DNA from: an uncultured Acidimicrobiia bacterium
Lineage (GTDB): Bacteria > Actinomycetota > Acidimicrobiia > Acidimicrobiales > AC-14
Reading direction: 5' to 3'
Length of the DNA: 55,832 bases
NCBI GenBank assembly: GCA_963836205.1
Contig: CAWIIV010000009.1
Location: 1 to 55,832, forward strand
A program made the position numbers and the translations under genes. The notes beneath the pieces were generated by a model. That model made no database searches and was not told the DNA's origin. It was given only the letters and a program-made list of their open reading frames with translations. Below are positions 29,726 to 39,322 of this stretch, piece after piece; the stretch's first letter is position 1, and the number at the start of each line of letters is the position of its first letter.

Positions 29726-30327
29726 GCCGACGGAGGCGGTGGCGGACGGCGGGTGGTGAGGCGTTCGAACGTCCGCCGCTCGCAGACCATGAAGGCGGCC
29801 CGCTTGTCGGGCATGTCGAACTCGGCCACCTTGCGGTACCCGATGAACGCGAGCAGCGAGAGGAAGTTGTGGTGGTTGACGTCGGGCTCGCCCACGATGC
29901 GGCGGACCTCGGGGCGGCGGAACAGGAACCGGTTGACCGCCATCCCGATGGCCACGCTGTAGCGCCCGAGGTAGTCCTCCTCGCCGATGATCACGTGGGC
30001 CCCGATGTCGCCCGGAAGCACGGGATAGTGGGCCCCGAGGATGTCCTGGGCGGGGTCGTAGACCTCCAGGTACCCGACGGGGACATCGTCGACGAAGCCC
30101 AGGTACGAGTGGCGGGTGGGGTCCTGGTGGTGGCGGAGGAGGTAGTCGTGGATCCAGGCCAGCGGCCAGTCCATGTTCCAGAACTCGACCACATGGGGCT
30201 TTCGCATCCATGCCTGGACCAGGGGGGCGTCGATGTCGGGGGCGATCTGGCGGCACCACAGGCGACGGTCGAGGGCGGCGTCGTACTCCTCGTAGACGGC
30301 CCGCTCGGCCATCACGGGTGTGGTCAC
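29722..30327 (-). CDS. GNAT N-hydroxyamine acyltransferase (AlcB/Rv1347c-like)
   Basis: WMRKPHVVEFW, GYLEVY, DIGAHVIIGE, IVGEPDV.N, FDMPDKRA. Confidence 0.9.
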   Translation of the reverse strand: MTTPVMAERAVYEEYDAALDRRLWCRQIAPDIDAPLVQAWMRKPHVVEFWNMDWPLAWIHDYLLRHHQDPTRHSYLGFVDDVPVGYLEVYDPAQDILGAHYPVLPGDIGAHVIIGEEDYLGRYSVAIGMAVNRFLFRRPEVRRIVGEPDVNHHNFLSLLAFIGYRKVAEFDMPDKRAAFMVCERRTFERLTTRRPPPPPSA

Positions 30328-32108
30328 CGGGTCCACGACGGCTCCAGGGCCAGGGGGTTGTCGATCCAGCCGACGGCCGAGGCCAGCGGGCGTTCGGCGT
30401 GGTCGCCGTAGCCCCGCTCCAGCACCCGGACCCGGTTGAGGCACAGCTTGACGAAGGCGGGGGCGTCGAGGTCGAACAGCTCGTAGCGGCCGGACAGCTC
30501 ACCGGCGAACCGGTCCTGGTAGGCCCGCACGGTGGTCGCGGCCGCGGCCCAGAAGTCCGCCTCCGGGTACCCGAAGTGGTCCTCCAGCAGCTCGGACAGG
30601 TAGCGGTACACGCAGACCAGCACGCCGCCCTGGATCCACTGCACCAGCAGCCGGCTTTCCAGCCCGCCGCCGAGCACCCGGCGCGCCTCGGCCGGCAGCC
30701 CGGCCAGCTCCGGCAGCGGCTCGCAGCTGATCATGGCGTCGTCGACGAAGTCCTTGACCACCAGGCGGGTGGGAGCGTGGTCGCGCAGCACGACCAGGCA
30801 GTTCTGGGAGTGGGGCGAGAAGGTGAAGCCGAACCGGTACAGGACGTGCAGCAGCGGCGGCAGGACGGCCTCGTGCAGGCGGCGGACCCAATCGTCGACA
30901 GTGATGCCGCTGCGGGCGATCACCGGGTCGAGGAACGGCGTGCCCCAGGGGTCGCGGTGCAGGAGGGCGGCCATGGTGACGGCCCGCTCGTCTGCCGCCA
31001 GCCGGGGGGCCACCGGCTCCCGCCAGATGGCGCCCAGCAACTCCGTGTGCTGGTAGGGGACGTCGGGGATCGACTCCATGGCCCGGTGGGCAACGCTCAC
31101 GCTGGCCGTCTCCCCCAGCAGGACGAGGCCCGTCTCCACGAGGAACGGGTCGGCTGCGGTAACCGTGAGGAGCCACTCGGTGAGCGCGGGCGCGACCAGG
31201 CTGCGGGCCCGGGGCAGACCCCGGTACACGGACGTGTTGAGAACGGAGAGCGGCAGCTTCACCCACCGCCGGTCGGGATGGTCGACGTCGACGAACGTGC
31301 GCAGGGACTGTTGGGGCAGGTAGCGGCAGGGGCCCGGCCCGAGGGGGACGATCGCCCGGCGGGCGATGTCGCCCGCGTGCAACGGGACGATGCGGTTGCT
31401 CCACTGCCACGGGTGGACGGGCAGGTACGTCGCCCGGTCGGGGTCGAGGCCGGCGGCGGCGGCGCGCGATCGGAACCCGTCGAAGGCGTCGTCACCCACC
31501 TGCTCCCGGACCACGGCCGCGTTGTCGAGGCCGCGGACGTCGGCCCGATCGGGCTGCACCGCCAGCCACGGCAGCGTCACCGGCAGGCAGGACTCGGGGG
31601 CGTGGGCGAGGAGATCGTCGGCGTCGAAGCCCAGCCGGCCCTTGTTGGCCACGATCCACGGGTGGCCCCGCATCTCGGCCTCGACCACGAGCGGGTCGAG
31701 GTCGGCCAGCTCCGCCGACGGACGGCCGTGGGCCAGTTGGTAGGTGTCGGAGAGGAGGGTGTTCGCCAGTTCGACCACCGCGTTGGCCGTGGTCGACGGG
31801 TCCACCCCGATGACGGGCGCCAGCATGGCCACCAGGTCGGCCACGTCGGGCAGGGCCGCGGGCTGGCCCGCGACGGTCCAGGTGAGCGAGGCCGGGTCGA
31901 CCCGCCACTGGCCGAGGAACCGGAGGCGGGCGGTGAAGGTGAGCTCGGCCACGCCCTGCAGGCCCAGACGGAAGGTGTCGTCCACCCGCTCCGGGGTCAA
32001 CAGCTCCTCGAACATGAACTCGGTGAGGAGCTTGGCCACCAGCTCGCGGTTGGCCCGGGCCCACCGCTCGGCGTCGAGCCCGAACTCGGCGGGAAGACCG
32101 ATGCTCAT
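30324..32108 (-). CDS. NIS siderophore synthetase (IucC/RhbF-like)
   Basis: GHPWIVANKGRLGF, PVHPWQW, QQSLRT, KLPLSVLNT, HSQN, KDFVDD, KLCLNR. Confidence 0.93.
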   Translation of the reverse strand: MSIGLPAEFGLDAERWARANRELVAKLLTEFMFEELLTPERVDDTFRLGLQGVAELTFTARLRFLGQWRVDPASLTWTVAGQPAALPDVADLVAMLAPVIGVDPSTTANAVVELANTLLSDTYQLAHGRPSAELADLDPLVVEAEMRGHPWIVANKGRLGFDADDLLAHAPESCLPVTLPWLAVQPDRADVRGLDNAAVVREQVGDDAFDGFRSRAAAAGLDPDRATYLPVHPWQWSNRIVPLHAGDIARRAIVPLGPGPCRYLPQQSLRTFVDVDHPDRRWVKLPLSVLNTSVYRGLPRARSLVAPALTEWLLTVTAADPFLVETGLVLLGETASVSVAHRAMESIPDVPYQHTELLGAIWREPVAPRLAADERAVTMAALLHRDPWGTPFLDPVIARSGITVDDWVRRLHEAVLPPLLHVLYRFGFTFSPHSQNCLVVLRDHAPTRLVVKDFVDDAMISCEPLPELAGLPAEARRVLGGGLESRLLVQWIQGGVLVCVYRYLSELLEDHFGYPEADFWAAAATTVRAYQDRFAGELSGRYELFDLDAPAFVKLCLNRVRVLERGYGDHAERPLASAVGWIDNPLALEPSWTR

Positions 32109-33403
32109 CCCGGCTCCGAGCCGAACGTCTGGAACACGTTGCGGGACCGCACCGGGAGGACCTCGCGGCCGCAGACGGCGTTGAGGATGACCGCGTTGCG
32201 GTGGGCGCCCAGGCCGAGGTCGGGCGCGCCGACGCCATGGGTGTGGAGCTCCGCGTTCTGCACGAACAGGCGGGACTTGTCGTGGTCGACCAGGCGGAGC
32301 CGGAAGTCGGCGTCGATCACCGGCCGGGCGGCGGCGTCCCGCTCGACCAGGCCCGGATCGATGGGAAGGGGGGCGGGGCGGTAGCCGGTGGCGAGCACGA
32401 CCAGGTCGGCGTCGTGGGTGAGGGCGACGTCGTCGTCGAGATGATGGAGGTGGAGGCGCACGCCGGCGGGTGTGGACTCCACGCCCCGTAGCTCGCACGT
32501 CGACCGGTAGGTGACGCCCGCCTCCGGCCGGTCGATGGTGCGCTCGTAGAGGCGGTCGTAGATGCGGGCGCTGGTGTCGACCGAGATGCCCTTGTAGAGG
32601 AGGTCCTGGCCGGAAAGAAGCTGGTCACGGGTGTCTTGTGTGAGGCCGTGGAACCACTCGCCGTACTCGGGGGAGAAGTGCTCCAGGCCGAGCTTGGAGT
32701 ACTCCATGGGCAGGAAGCCCCGGCTGCGGGTGAACCAGTCGAGGCGCCGGGTGCCGTCGGTCGGCAGGGCGTCGAGGAGGTCGGCGAACACCTCGGCCGC
32801 GCTCTGGCCCGACCCGACCACGGCCACCGAGCCCGCGGCCAGCGCATCGGCCCGGTGGGCCAGGTAGTCGGCCGAGTGGAAGACCCGGGGCCCGAGGGCG
32901 CCGGCCGCGCAGGCGGGCACCGTCGGCCGGGTGCCGACTCCGAACACGACCGCCCCCGCCCGGTGGACCTCCTCCTCGCCGCCGGGCCCGTGGACCGCGA
33001 CCGTCCACCCGTCGGCGCCGTCGCCCGCCGGCGCCACCGACTCCACCCGCCATCCGAACCGGCACGACGGCAGGCTCCCGGCCACCCACCGGCAGTAGGC
33101 CTCGAACTCCTGGCGGGGGATGTGGAAGCTCTCGTAGAAGTAGAAGCGGTAGAGCCGGCTGCGGCAGTGGAGGTAGTTGAGGAAGCTGCAGGGGTTGGTC
33201 GGGTCGGCCAGCGTGACCAGGTCGGCCAGGAACGGCACCTGGAGCCGAGAGCCCTCCACCATCAACCCGGCGTGCCAGGAGAACTCGGGGCGGGCCTCGA
33301 AGAAGGCGGCGTCGAGGCCGTCGACCTGATCGGCCAGGGCAGCCAGGCCCAGGTTGAACGGACCCAGGCCCACGCCGACCACGTCCCACTCCCGATCAGC
33401 CAC
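32105..33403 (-). CDS. Flavin N-hydroxylase (IucD/RhbE-like)
   Basis: GLGPFNL, LQVPFLADLVT, GSGQSAAE, LATGY, QNAELHTHG. Confidence 0.95.
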   Translation of the reverse strand: MADREWDVVGVGLGPFNLGLAALADQVDGLDAAFFEARPEFSWHAGLMVEGSRLQVPFLADLVTLADPTNPCSFLNYLHCRSRLYRFYFYESFHIPRQEFEAYCRWVAGSLPSCRFGWRVESVAPAGDGADGWTVAVHGPGGEEEVHRAGAVVFGVGTRPTVPACAAGALGPRVFHSADYLAHRADALAAGSVAVVGSGQSAAEVFADLLDALPTDGTRRLDWFTRSRGFLPMEYSKLGLEHFSPEYGEWFHGLTQDTRDQLLSGQDLLYKGISVDTSARIYDRLYERTIDRPEAGVTYRSTCELRGVESTPAGVRLHLHHLDDDVALTHDADLVVLATGYRPAPLPIDPGLVERDAAARPVIDADFRLRLVDHDKSRLFVQNAELHTHGVGAPDLGLGAHRNAVILNAVCGREVLPVRSRNVFQTFGSEPG

Positions 33404-33947
33404 GAGCGGCGTCCGCCGGCGGGAACCGAGCTGCGAACTCGGCCCGGGTGCACGCGAGGAGCAGGGCCCGCTTGTCGGGGAGTTGGAGCACGGCCAGGGG
33501 CAGGTGGGCCAGGCGGAGACACAGGCGGATCATGCGGACGTTGCGGGCGTCGGGCTCGCACACCACCCGGTCGGCGTCGGGGTCGGTCAGGAGTTGGCTC
33601 ATGACCGCCCGTCCCACGCGGTGGGCCAGGCCGGTGCCGATGAGCTCGGGGGGACCCACCAGGACGTGCCAGCCCCGGTCGCCGGCGGTCGCCGGGTAGT
33701 AGCGGGCCAGAGGGTCGGCCGCGGCCCGGTAGGTCTCCACGTAGGCGACGGGCCGGCCGTCGGCGCTCGCGACCCACGGAAGGAGGTGGGCGAGCGCGGC
33801 CTGGGTCTCCAGGTAGGCGCGCACACCCGCCGGCGAACGGTCGACGTCCCACCACGGCACCACGTGGGGCTGGTTCATCCACCCGTGGAGGAGGTCGGCG
33901 TGGCGGTCGGGGTCGGCCCGGTCGAGCGTGATCCCAGGCATCGTCAC
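33396..33947 (-). CDS. GNAT N-hydroxyamine acetyltransferase (RhbD-like)
   Basis: WMNQPHVVPWW, YVETY, DRGWHVLVG, VCEPDARN, LPDKRA; GTGA-coupled. Confidence 0.9.
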   Translation of the reverse strand: MTMPGITLDRADPDRHADLLHGWMNQPHVVPWWDVDRSPAGVRAYLETQAALAHLLPWVASADGRPVAYVETYRAAADPLARYYPATAGDRGWHVLVGPPELIGTGLAHRVGRAVMSQLLTDPDADRVVCEPDARNVRMIRLCLRLAHLPLAVLQLPDKRALLLACTRAEFAARFPPADAARG

Positions 33948-35620
33948 CGGAGGGGGTTGGGCACCGTCACGTACACCGACTGGGTGGCGATGTCGCCGAC
34001 CAGCTCGTCGAGGTCGTGGAGGCGGGTGGCGAGGTTGGCCTTGCACGGCCACCGCTCGTCGTCGAGGAGGCGGTCGAGGAGAGTGGGGGGGTAGCGGCCG
34101 CCGGCGGCGCGCTCGGCTTCGAGCAGCCGGCGAAGGTCGGCCAGGAGCACCGTTTCGTCGCCGCAGCCGGCGGCGCCCAGGGCGTTGATCACGCCCAGGG
34201 TGAGGTTGAGGAAGAGGTAGTAGACGAGGCGCTCGTCGGCCAGGGCTTCCGGGAAGATCGACTCGGTGGCCTCGCCGAGCTTCGGGATCACCCGGCACAT
34301 GTCGTCGTGGGCCAGCTCCCGGTGGAAGTAGCCCTGGCTGTCCCGGTAGATGCCGGCGGCCGGCCACCCGTCGTCCAGCTCGACCAGGGTGTTCTGCTGG
34401 TGGGCCTCGAAGCACAGGCCGACGTCGAGGTAGAGGCGGACGAGCGACCGCACGACGACGTCGCAGAACCGGGCGAACCACTCCCGGCCGACGTCGGTGG
34501 GCGCCCGGCCGTGGCGGGCGGCGATGGCGGCGACGATGGCGCCCAGCCGGCTCGGCCCGCCACCGGGGCGGTCCTGGCAGAGGGTGGTGAGGGCGGAGAC
34601 GTCGGCCCCGGCGGTGACGGTGTTGTCCCGGAAGAGGACCGAGAATCCGGGGTGGCAGGCGCTGAGGTAGGCGGGGTCGTGGACGAGGCGGAAGTGGGGG
34701 GCGACGGCTCGGGTGCGGTCGCCCACCCCGGTGGCAGCCAGCCGGGCCGCCTCCACTGCCCGGTCGAGCTCCTTGGGCAGGGTGACCCGCATGGAGTTGG
34801 TGACCCGCACGTGGAGCGAGAACTTGAGCTGCCACGGCCAGTCCGGGTGGTGGACGGTGCGCACCGAGGTGGTGGGGGCGACCTCGGGGCCCGCCGGCCC
34901 GAGGTCGACGACGGCGCCCGAATCGAACTGGGCGGCGAGGCCCGGTTGCCGGCGGAGGAATGCCGCTTCCCAGGGATGGGCGGGGAGGACGACGCGGCCC
35001 CGAGGGAAGCGGCGGGCGTAGAGGGCGGCGGCCAGCTCGGGGGCGGGCGTGCCGGTGGCGCTGGCGTGGCGGACGAGGTCGGCGTCGATCGAGAACCAGT
35101 GCAGGCGGAAGCGGGCGCCGGCCTCGGGGGCGTAGGCCAGGCGGTCGGCCGGGCTCATCTCCGACCGGCTCTTGGGCGTCGGGTGGACGAGGTGGCCGAG
35201 GAGGAGGGCCTGCTCGGTCTCGGCGAAGGAGAGCGGCCCCGGCCCCCACAGCCGGTCGATGTCGGCGGCGCGCCGGTCGAGGTACCCGGCGGTGTCGCGC
35301 GTGCTGTCGAGGATCCGGGAGAACAGCTCCGTCGGCGGGGCGGCGCCGGGGCCGAGCTCGTCGAGGAGGAGGGCGACGAGGGTGGTGTAGGCGACCGGCC
35401 GGGGGCAGGCGCCGCCGAAGGAGACGTGGGCCGGCAGGTCGAAGAGGTGGCGTCGGGTGGGCGACAGGTAGCGGAGGCCGACCCGCAGCTCGGCGTTGGA
35501 CCGGGTCAAAGGGACCACTGCGGTGGGCCCGTCGTCGACCCGCCAGCCCTCGGCCTCCCGGAGGTAGCAATTGAGGACGGCGTGGGTGGAGGCGCCAACC
35601 GCCTGGTCGAGGGCCGTCAC
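33944..35620 (-). CDS. NIS siderophore synthetase (IucA/RhbC-like)
   Basis: LNCYLRE, EQALLLGHLVHPTPKSR, PTTSVRT, KFSLHVRVTNS, EAHQQN, YRDSQG, KANL.TR. Confidence 0.93.
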   Translation of the reverse strand: MTALDQAVGASTHAVLNCYLREAEGWRVDDGPTAVVPLTRSNAELRVGLRYLSPTRRHLFDLPAHVSFGGACPRPVAYTTLVALLLDELGPGAAPPTELFSRILDSTRDTAGYLDRRAADIDRLWGPGPLSFAETEQALLLGHLVHPTPKSRSEMSPADRLAYAPEAGARFRLHWFSIDADLVRHASATGTPAPELAAALYARRFPRGRVVLPAHPWEAAFLRRQPGLAAQFDSGAVVDLGPAGPEVAPTTSVRTVHHPDWPWQLKFSLHVRVTNSMRVTLPKELDRAVEAARLAATGVGDRTRAVAPHFRLVHDPAYLSACHPGFSVLFRDNTVTAGADVSALTTLCQDRPGGGPSRLGAIVAAIAARHGRAPTDVGREWFARFCDVVVRSLVRLYLDVGLCFEAHQQNTLVELDDGWPAAGIYRDSQGYFHRELAHDDMCRVIPKLGEATESIFPEALADERLVYYLFLNLTLGVINALGAAGCGDETVLLADLRRLLEAERAAGGRYPPTLLDRLLDDERWPCKANLATRLHDLDELVGDIATQSVYVTVPNPLR

Positions 35621-37033
35621 GGGTGGATCTCGTCGAGCAGCGCCCGCACGTCGTCGAGGGTGACGAGGGGATTGACGAACGTGAGCTTCGAGCGCGACCC
35701 GGCCGCCGACCCGGGTCCGCCCGACGACGGCGCGGCCCGACTCGAACAGCCGCCGTTGGATCTCGGTGTTCACCAGGTCGAGATCGCCTTCACCGCACCA
35801 GCGGAACAGCACGGTCACCGTCGAAGCCGGTGCGACAAGCTCGAGATCGGGCCGGGCTACCACCTCGCCTGCCGCCTGGTGGGCCACGTCGACCACGTGC
35901 TCGACCATGGCCGCCAGCCGGCGCCGGCCGGTCGTGCGCAGGCCGACCAGCACCTTGAGCGCGTCGAAGCGGCGGGAGGTCTCCAACGACCTCGCCACCA
36001 GGTTGACGGGCCCGTCCTCCGGCCGGTCGAGGTAGTCGGTGAGGTGACGGGCCGGCTGCAACACCCCGCCATCGGCCACCACCAGGGCGCTGGCCGCGAT
36101 CGGCTGCCACCACAGCTTGTGGAAGTCGACGGTGACCGAGTCGGCCCGTTCCAGCCCCGCCAACGCCGGGCGGAGCCGGTCGGAAAGGGCCAGCGCCCCC
36201 CCGACGGCGGCGTCGACGTGGAACCAGGCGCCGACGGCCGCGGCCCGGTCGGCCATCGCCGCCAGGGGGTCGATGGCCCCGTGGTCGGTGGTCCCGGCGG
36301 TGCCGACCAATTCCAGCGGAACCAGACCGTCGGCGGCCAGGCCGGCCAGGACGTGGTCGAGGGCGGCCAGGTCGACGCGCCCATGGCCGTCGACGGCGAC
36401 GGTCGCAACCGCCCGGCGCCCGAGTCCCAACACGCCCGCGGCCTGGGACACGCTGAAGTGCGCCGCCTCCGACGCCACGATCCGCCACCGGCCGGCGTCG
36501 GCCGGCAGCCCGTCGAGGCGCACCGGCGCGGCCCGCTCCCGGGCCAGGTAGAGGGCGAGCAGGTTGGAGGCCGTCCCCCCGCCGGTGAGCACCCCCGACG
36601 ACGAGGCCGGCAGCCCCAGCTCGCGGCCCAGCCAGGCCAGCAGGTGGTCCTCCACGAGGGTGGCCGCGGGGGCCTGGTCGAAGGAGTCCATCGACTGGTT
36701 GGTGGCCGCCACCATCACCTCGGTCGCGGCCGACGCCATCAGAGGCGGGCAATGGAGGTGGGCCGCGCACCAGGCGTGGGACGGGCGCACGCCGTGGGCC
36801 AGCACCACCTGACCGACCTCGTCGAGCACCTCCGCCAAGTCGACGCCCTCCGCCGGGCACGGGTCGATGGCAGCCACGTCCTTGGCCATGACGGCGGGGT
36901 CCGAACCCGACCAGGGGCCGCCCGCGGTGGGGTAGGCCCACCGGCACAGGGCGTCGACGACCTCGGCGGTGGCGATCCGGAGGCGGCGGTGGCTGCGGTG
37001 GTCGCCCGTCAGGAAGAGGTCGCCGGCCGTCAT
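35617..37033 (-). CDS. ddc: PLP-dependent L-2,4-diaminobutyrate decarboxylase (RhbB/Ddc-like), 1-nt frameshift near 35689
   Basis: AHLHCP, GTAGTTD.GAIDP, HVDAA.GG, DFHK. Removing one G (CTC G AAG) restores ..ALKLTFVNP..EIHP* with a GTGA overlap onto the next gene. Confidence 0.88.
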
Positions 37034-38367
37034 CCGATGAGGGACTGGGCGCTGTTGGTGCGGGCCAGGGCGACGGCGAACGTCTCCACCACCCGGTCGA
37101 CATGGTCGGCGGTGACGATGAGGGGCGGGAGGAACCGCACCACCGCGTCTTCCCGCCCACCGACCTCGACGATGACACCCAGGTCGAGCATCGTCCGCTG
37201 CACCCGGCGGGCGAGGCCGGGCGCCATCAGCTCCACGCCGACCATGAGGCCCCGGCCCCGGACGTCGGCCGTCTCGGCCAGGTCGGCCACCGTCTCCCGC
37301 AGCCCGGCCATGAGCCGTCCGCCGACGACCGTGGCGTGGGCGGGGAGGCCGGCGTCGACGATGTGGCGGATGGTGGCCGCCCCCGCGGCCATCGCCAGCT
37401 GGTTGCCGCGGAACGTGCCCGCATGGGAGCCCGACGGCCATCCGTCGAGCTCGGCCCGGTAGACGACGAGGGCCAAGGGCAGTCCACCGCCGATGGCCTT
37501 GGAGAGCACGAGGATGTCGGGCTCGAGGCCGATGGCGTCGCTGCCCCACAGCGACCCGGTGCGGCCGAGCCCGGTCTGGATCTCGTCCGCGATCAGGAGG
37601 GAGCCGGCGGCGGCCGTCAGCTTGCCCACCGCGGCCGCGAACGACGCCGGCGCCGGGTGCACGCCGCCCTCCCCCTGCACCGGCTCCATCACCACCGCCG
37701 CGGGCAGGGTGATGCCGCTGTGGTCGTCCTCCAGCGCCCACTGCAACGCCCGGGCGCACAGCTCGGCCCCCGCCTCGCCGCCGACGCCGAAGGGGCAGCG
37801 GGGCCCGTTGGGAAAGGGCAGGTGGTGGACGTCGGCCAGCATGGGCCCGAGCCCATCCTTCGGCGCCCGGGCACCGGTGAGCGAGAGGGCGCCCTGCGAC
37901 ATCCCGTGGTAGCCGCCGCCGAAGGCGATCACGCCGGTGCGGCCGGTGGAGAGCTTGGCCAGCTTGAGGGCGGCCTCCACCGCGTCGCCCCCGGTCGGCC
38001 CGCAGAACAGGACCCGGCCGTCGGCCAGGTGCGGGGGCAGGACGCCGAACAGCTCCTCGACGAAGGCGTCCTTCACGGGGGTGGCGAAGTCGAGCGTGCT
38101 GAGGGGGATCTCGGCCCGCATGGTGGCCTCGATGGCCTCGACGACCACGGGGTGGTGGTGGCCGAGGGCCAGCGCTCCCGCCCCGGCCAGGCAGTCGAGG
38201 TACTCCCGCCCGTCGCTGTCGTAGACGAACACGCCCCGCCCCCGGACGAGCGCGATCGGCAGGTGGCGGGGGTAGGTCCGAGCCGACGATTCCCGGCGCT
38301 GCTGGCGAGCCAGGAGGGGGTCGGTGGCGGGTTCGCTGCTGGCGGGTGCGTCGGCTCGGGCGTTCAT
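37030..38367 (-). CDS. dat: Diaminobutyrate--2-oxoglutarate transaminase (RhbA/Dat-like)
   Basis: ESSARTYPR, DCLAGAGALALGH, EPVQGEGG, DEIQTG, SKAIGGG, HAGTFRGN. Confidence 0.93.
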   Translation of the reverse strand: MNARADAPASSEPATDPLLARQQRRESSARTYPRHLPIALVRGRGVFVYDSDGREYLDCLAGAGALALGHHHPVVVEAIEATMRAEIPLSTLDFATPVKDAFVEELFGVLPPHLADGRVLFCGPTGGDAVEAALKLAKLSTGRTGVIAFGGGYHGMSQGALSLTGARAPKDGLGPMLADVHHLPFPNGPRCPFGVGGEAGAELCARALQWALEDDHSGITLPAAVVMEPVQGEGGVHPAPASFAAAVGKLTAAAGSLLIADEIQTGLGRTGSLWGSDAIGLEPDILVLSKAIGGGLPLALVVYRAELDGWPSGSHAGTFRGNQLAMAAGAATIRHIVDAGLPAHATVVGGRLMAGLRETVADLAETADVRGRGLMVGVELMAPGLARRVQRTMLDLGVIVEVGGREDAVVRFLPPLIVTADHVDRVVETFAVALARTNSAQSLIG

Positions 38368-38421
38368 CTCCGTAGGTCGGAGAGTAGAACAGATTGTGTT
38401 CCCAATGCCTTATTCTTCTAC

Positions 38422-38440
38422 TTAGGCTAGCCTAATTCCA
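38422..38440. promoter_or_regulatory. IdeR/DtxR iron box in divergent promoter
   Basis: Perfect palindrome TTAGGCTAGCCTAA (38422-38435) overlapping a -10-like TAGCCT 6 nt before ATG 38440. Confidence 0.85.
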
Positions 38441-39257
38441 TGGCGCTTCAAGGGCCGGCCGCCCCCCCCGTGCTGGCCGCCCGTGGCCTCACCCTCGCCT
38501 ATGAAGACGCCATCGTGGCCACCGGTCTCGACCTCGACGTCACCGAGGGAACGGTCACCGTGATCATCGGCCCGAACGGCTCGGGCAAGTCCACCCTGCT
38601 GCGGGCCTTGGCTCGCCTGATGGCGCCCAAGGCGGGCGTGGTCCTGCTCGACGGCACCGACATCCGTGACCAGCCGACCCGGGAGGTGGCCCGCCGTCTG
38701 GGCCTGCTCCCCCAGTCGCCGCCACTGTCGGTGAGCATCACCGTGGAGGAGCTGGTGGGGCGGGGGCGGTATCCGCACCGTCGGTGGTTCGAGGCCTGGT
38801 CGAAGGCGGACGAGCAGGCGGTGGAGGAGGCCCTGGCCATGGCCCACCTGTCCGAGCTGCGCCGCCGGCCGGTCGACCACCTGTCGGGCGGCCAGCGGCA
38901 ACGGGTGTGGATCGCCATGGCCCTGGCCCAGCAGGCGCCGGTGATGCTCCTCGACGAGCCCACCACCCACCTCGACATGGCCCACCGGCTGGAGGTGCTC
39001 GACCTGCTGGCCGCCCTCAACCGCGACCTCGGGCGCACGGTGGTGATGGTGATGCACGAGCTGGACGAGGCCGCCCGCTACGCCGACCGGCTGGTCGCCA
39101 TGCGCGACGGGCAGGTGGTGGCGTCTGGCCCGCCGGTCGAGGTGGTCACCGCGGAGATGGTCGACGCCGTGTTCGGCGTGCGCTGCCGCATCGTCGACGA
39201 CCCCTTCACCGGCCGGCCCCGGTGCGTGCCGGAACCCCGGCCGTTGTCGCCCTGTGA
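38440..39257 (+). CDS. Fe-siderophore ABC transporter ATPase (FepC/FhuC-like); probable 1-nt deletion near 39229
   Basis: GPNGSGKST, LSGGQRQRVWIAM, LDEPTTHLD. As read, the ORF runs to 39576 over the next gene; one extra base gives ..VPGTPAVVAL* ending at 39257. Confidence 0.88.
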
Positions 39258-39322
39258 GGCGGCGGCGAAGCCAACCGGTGACGATTATCGGGGCCCTGAC
39301 CCCGCAAAGTGTCACCGGTTCG

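Noticed and set aside
33944-37759. 1271-aa decarboxylase-IucA fusion
   Set aside because: Explained by one extra base near 35689; correction restores the conserved KLTxxNP end and a GTGA overlap.
37030-38367. Ectoine synthesis (ectB)
   Set aside because: No ectA or ectC; the gene is coupled to a decarboxylase and NIS genes.
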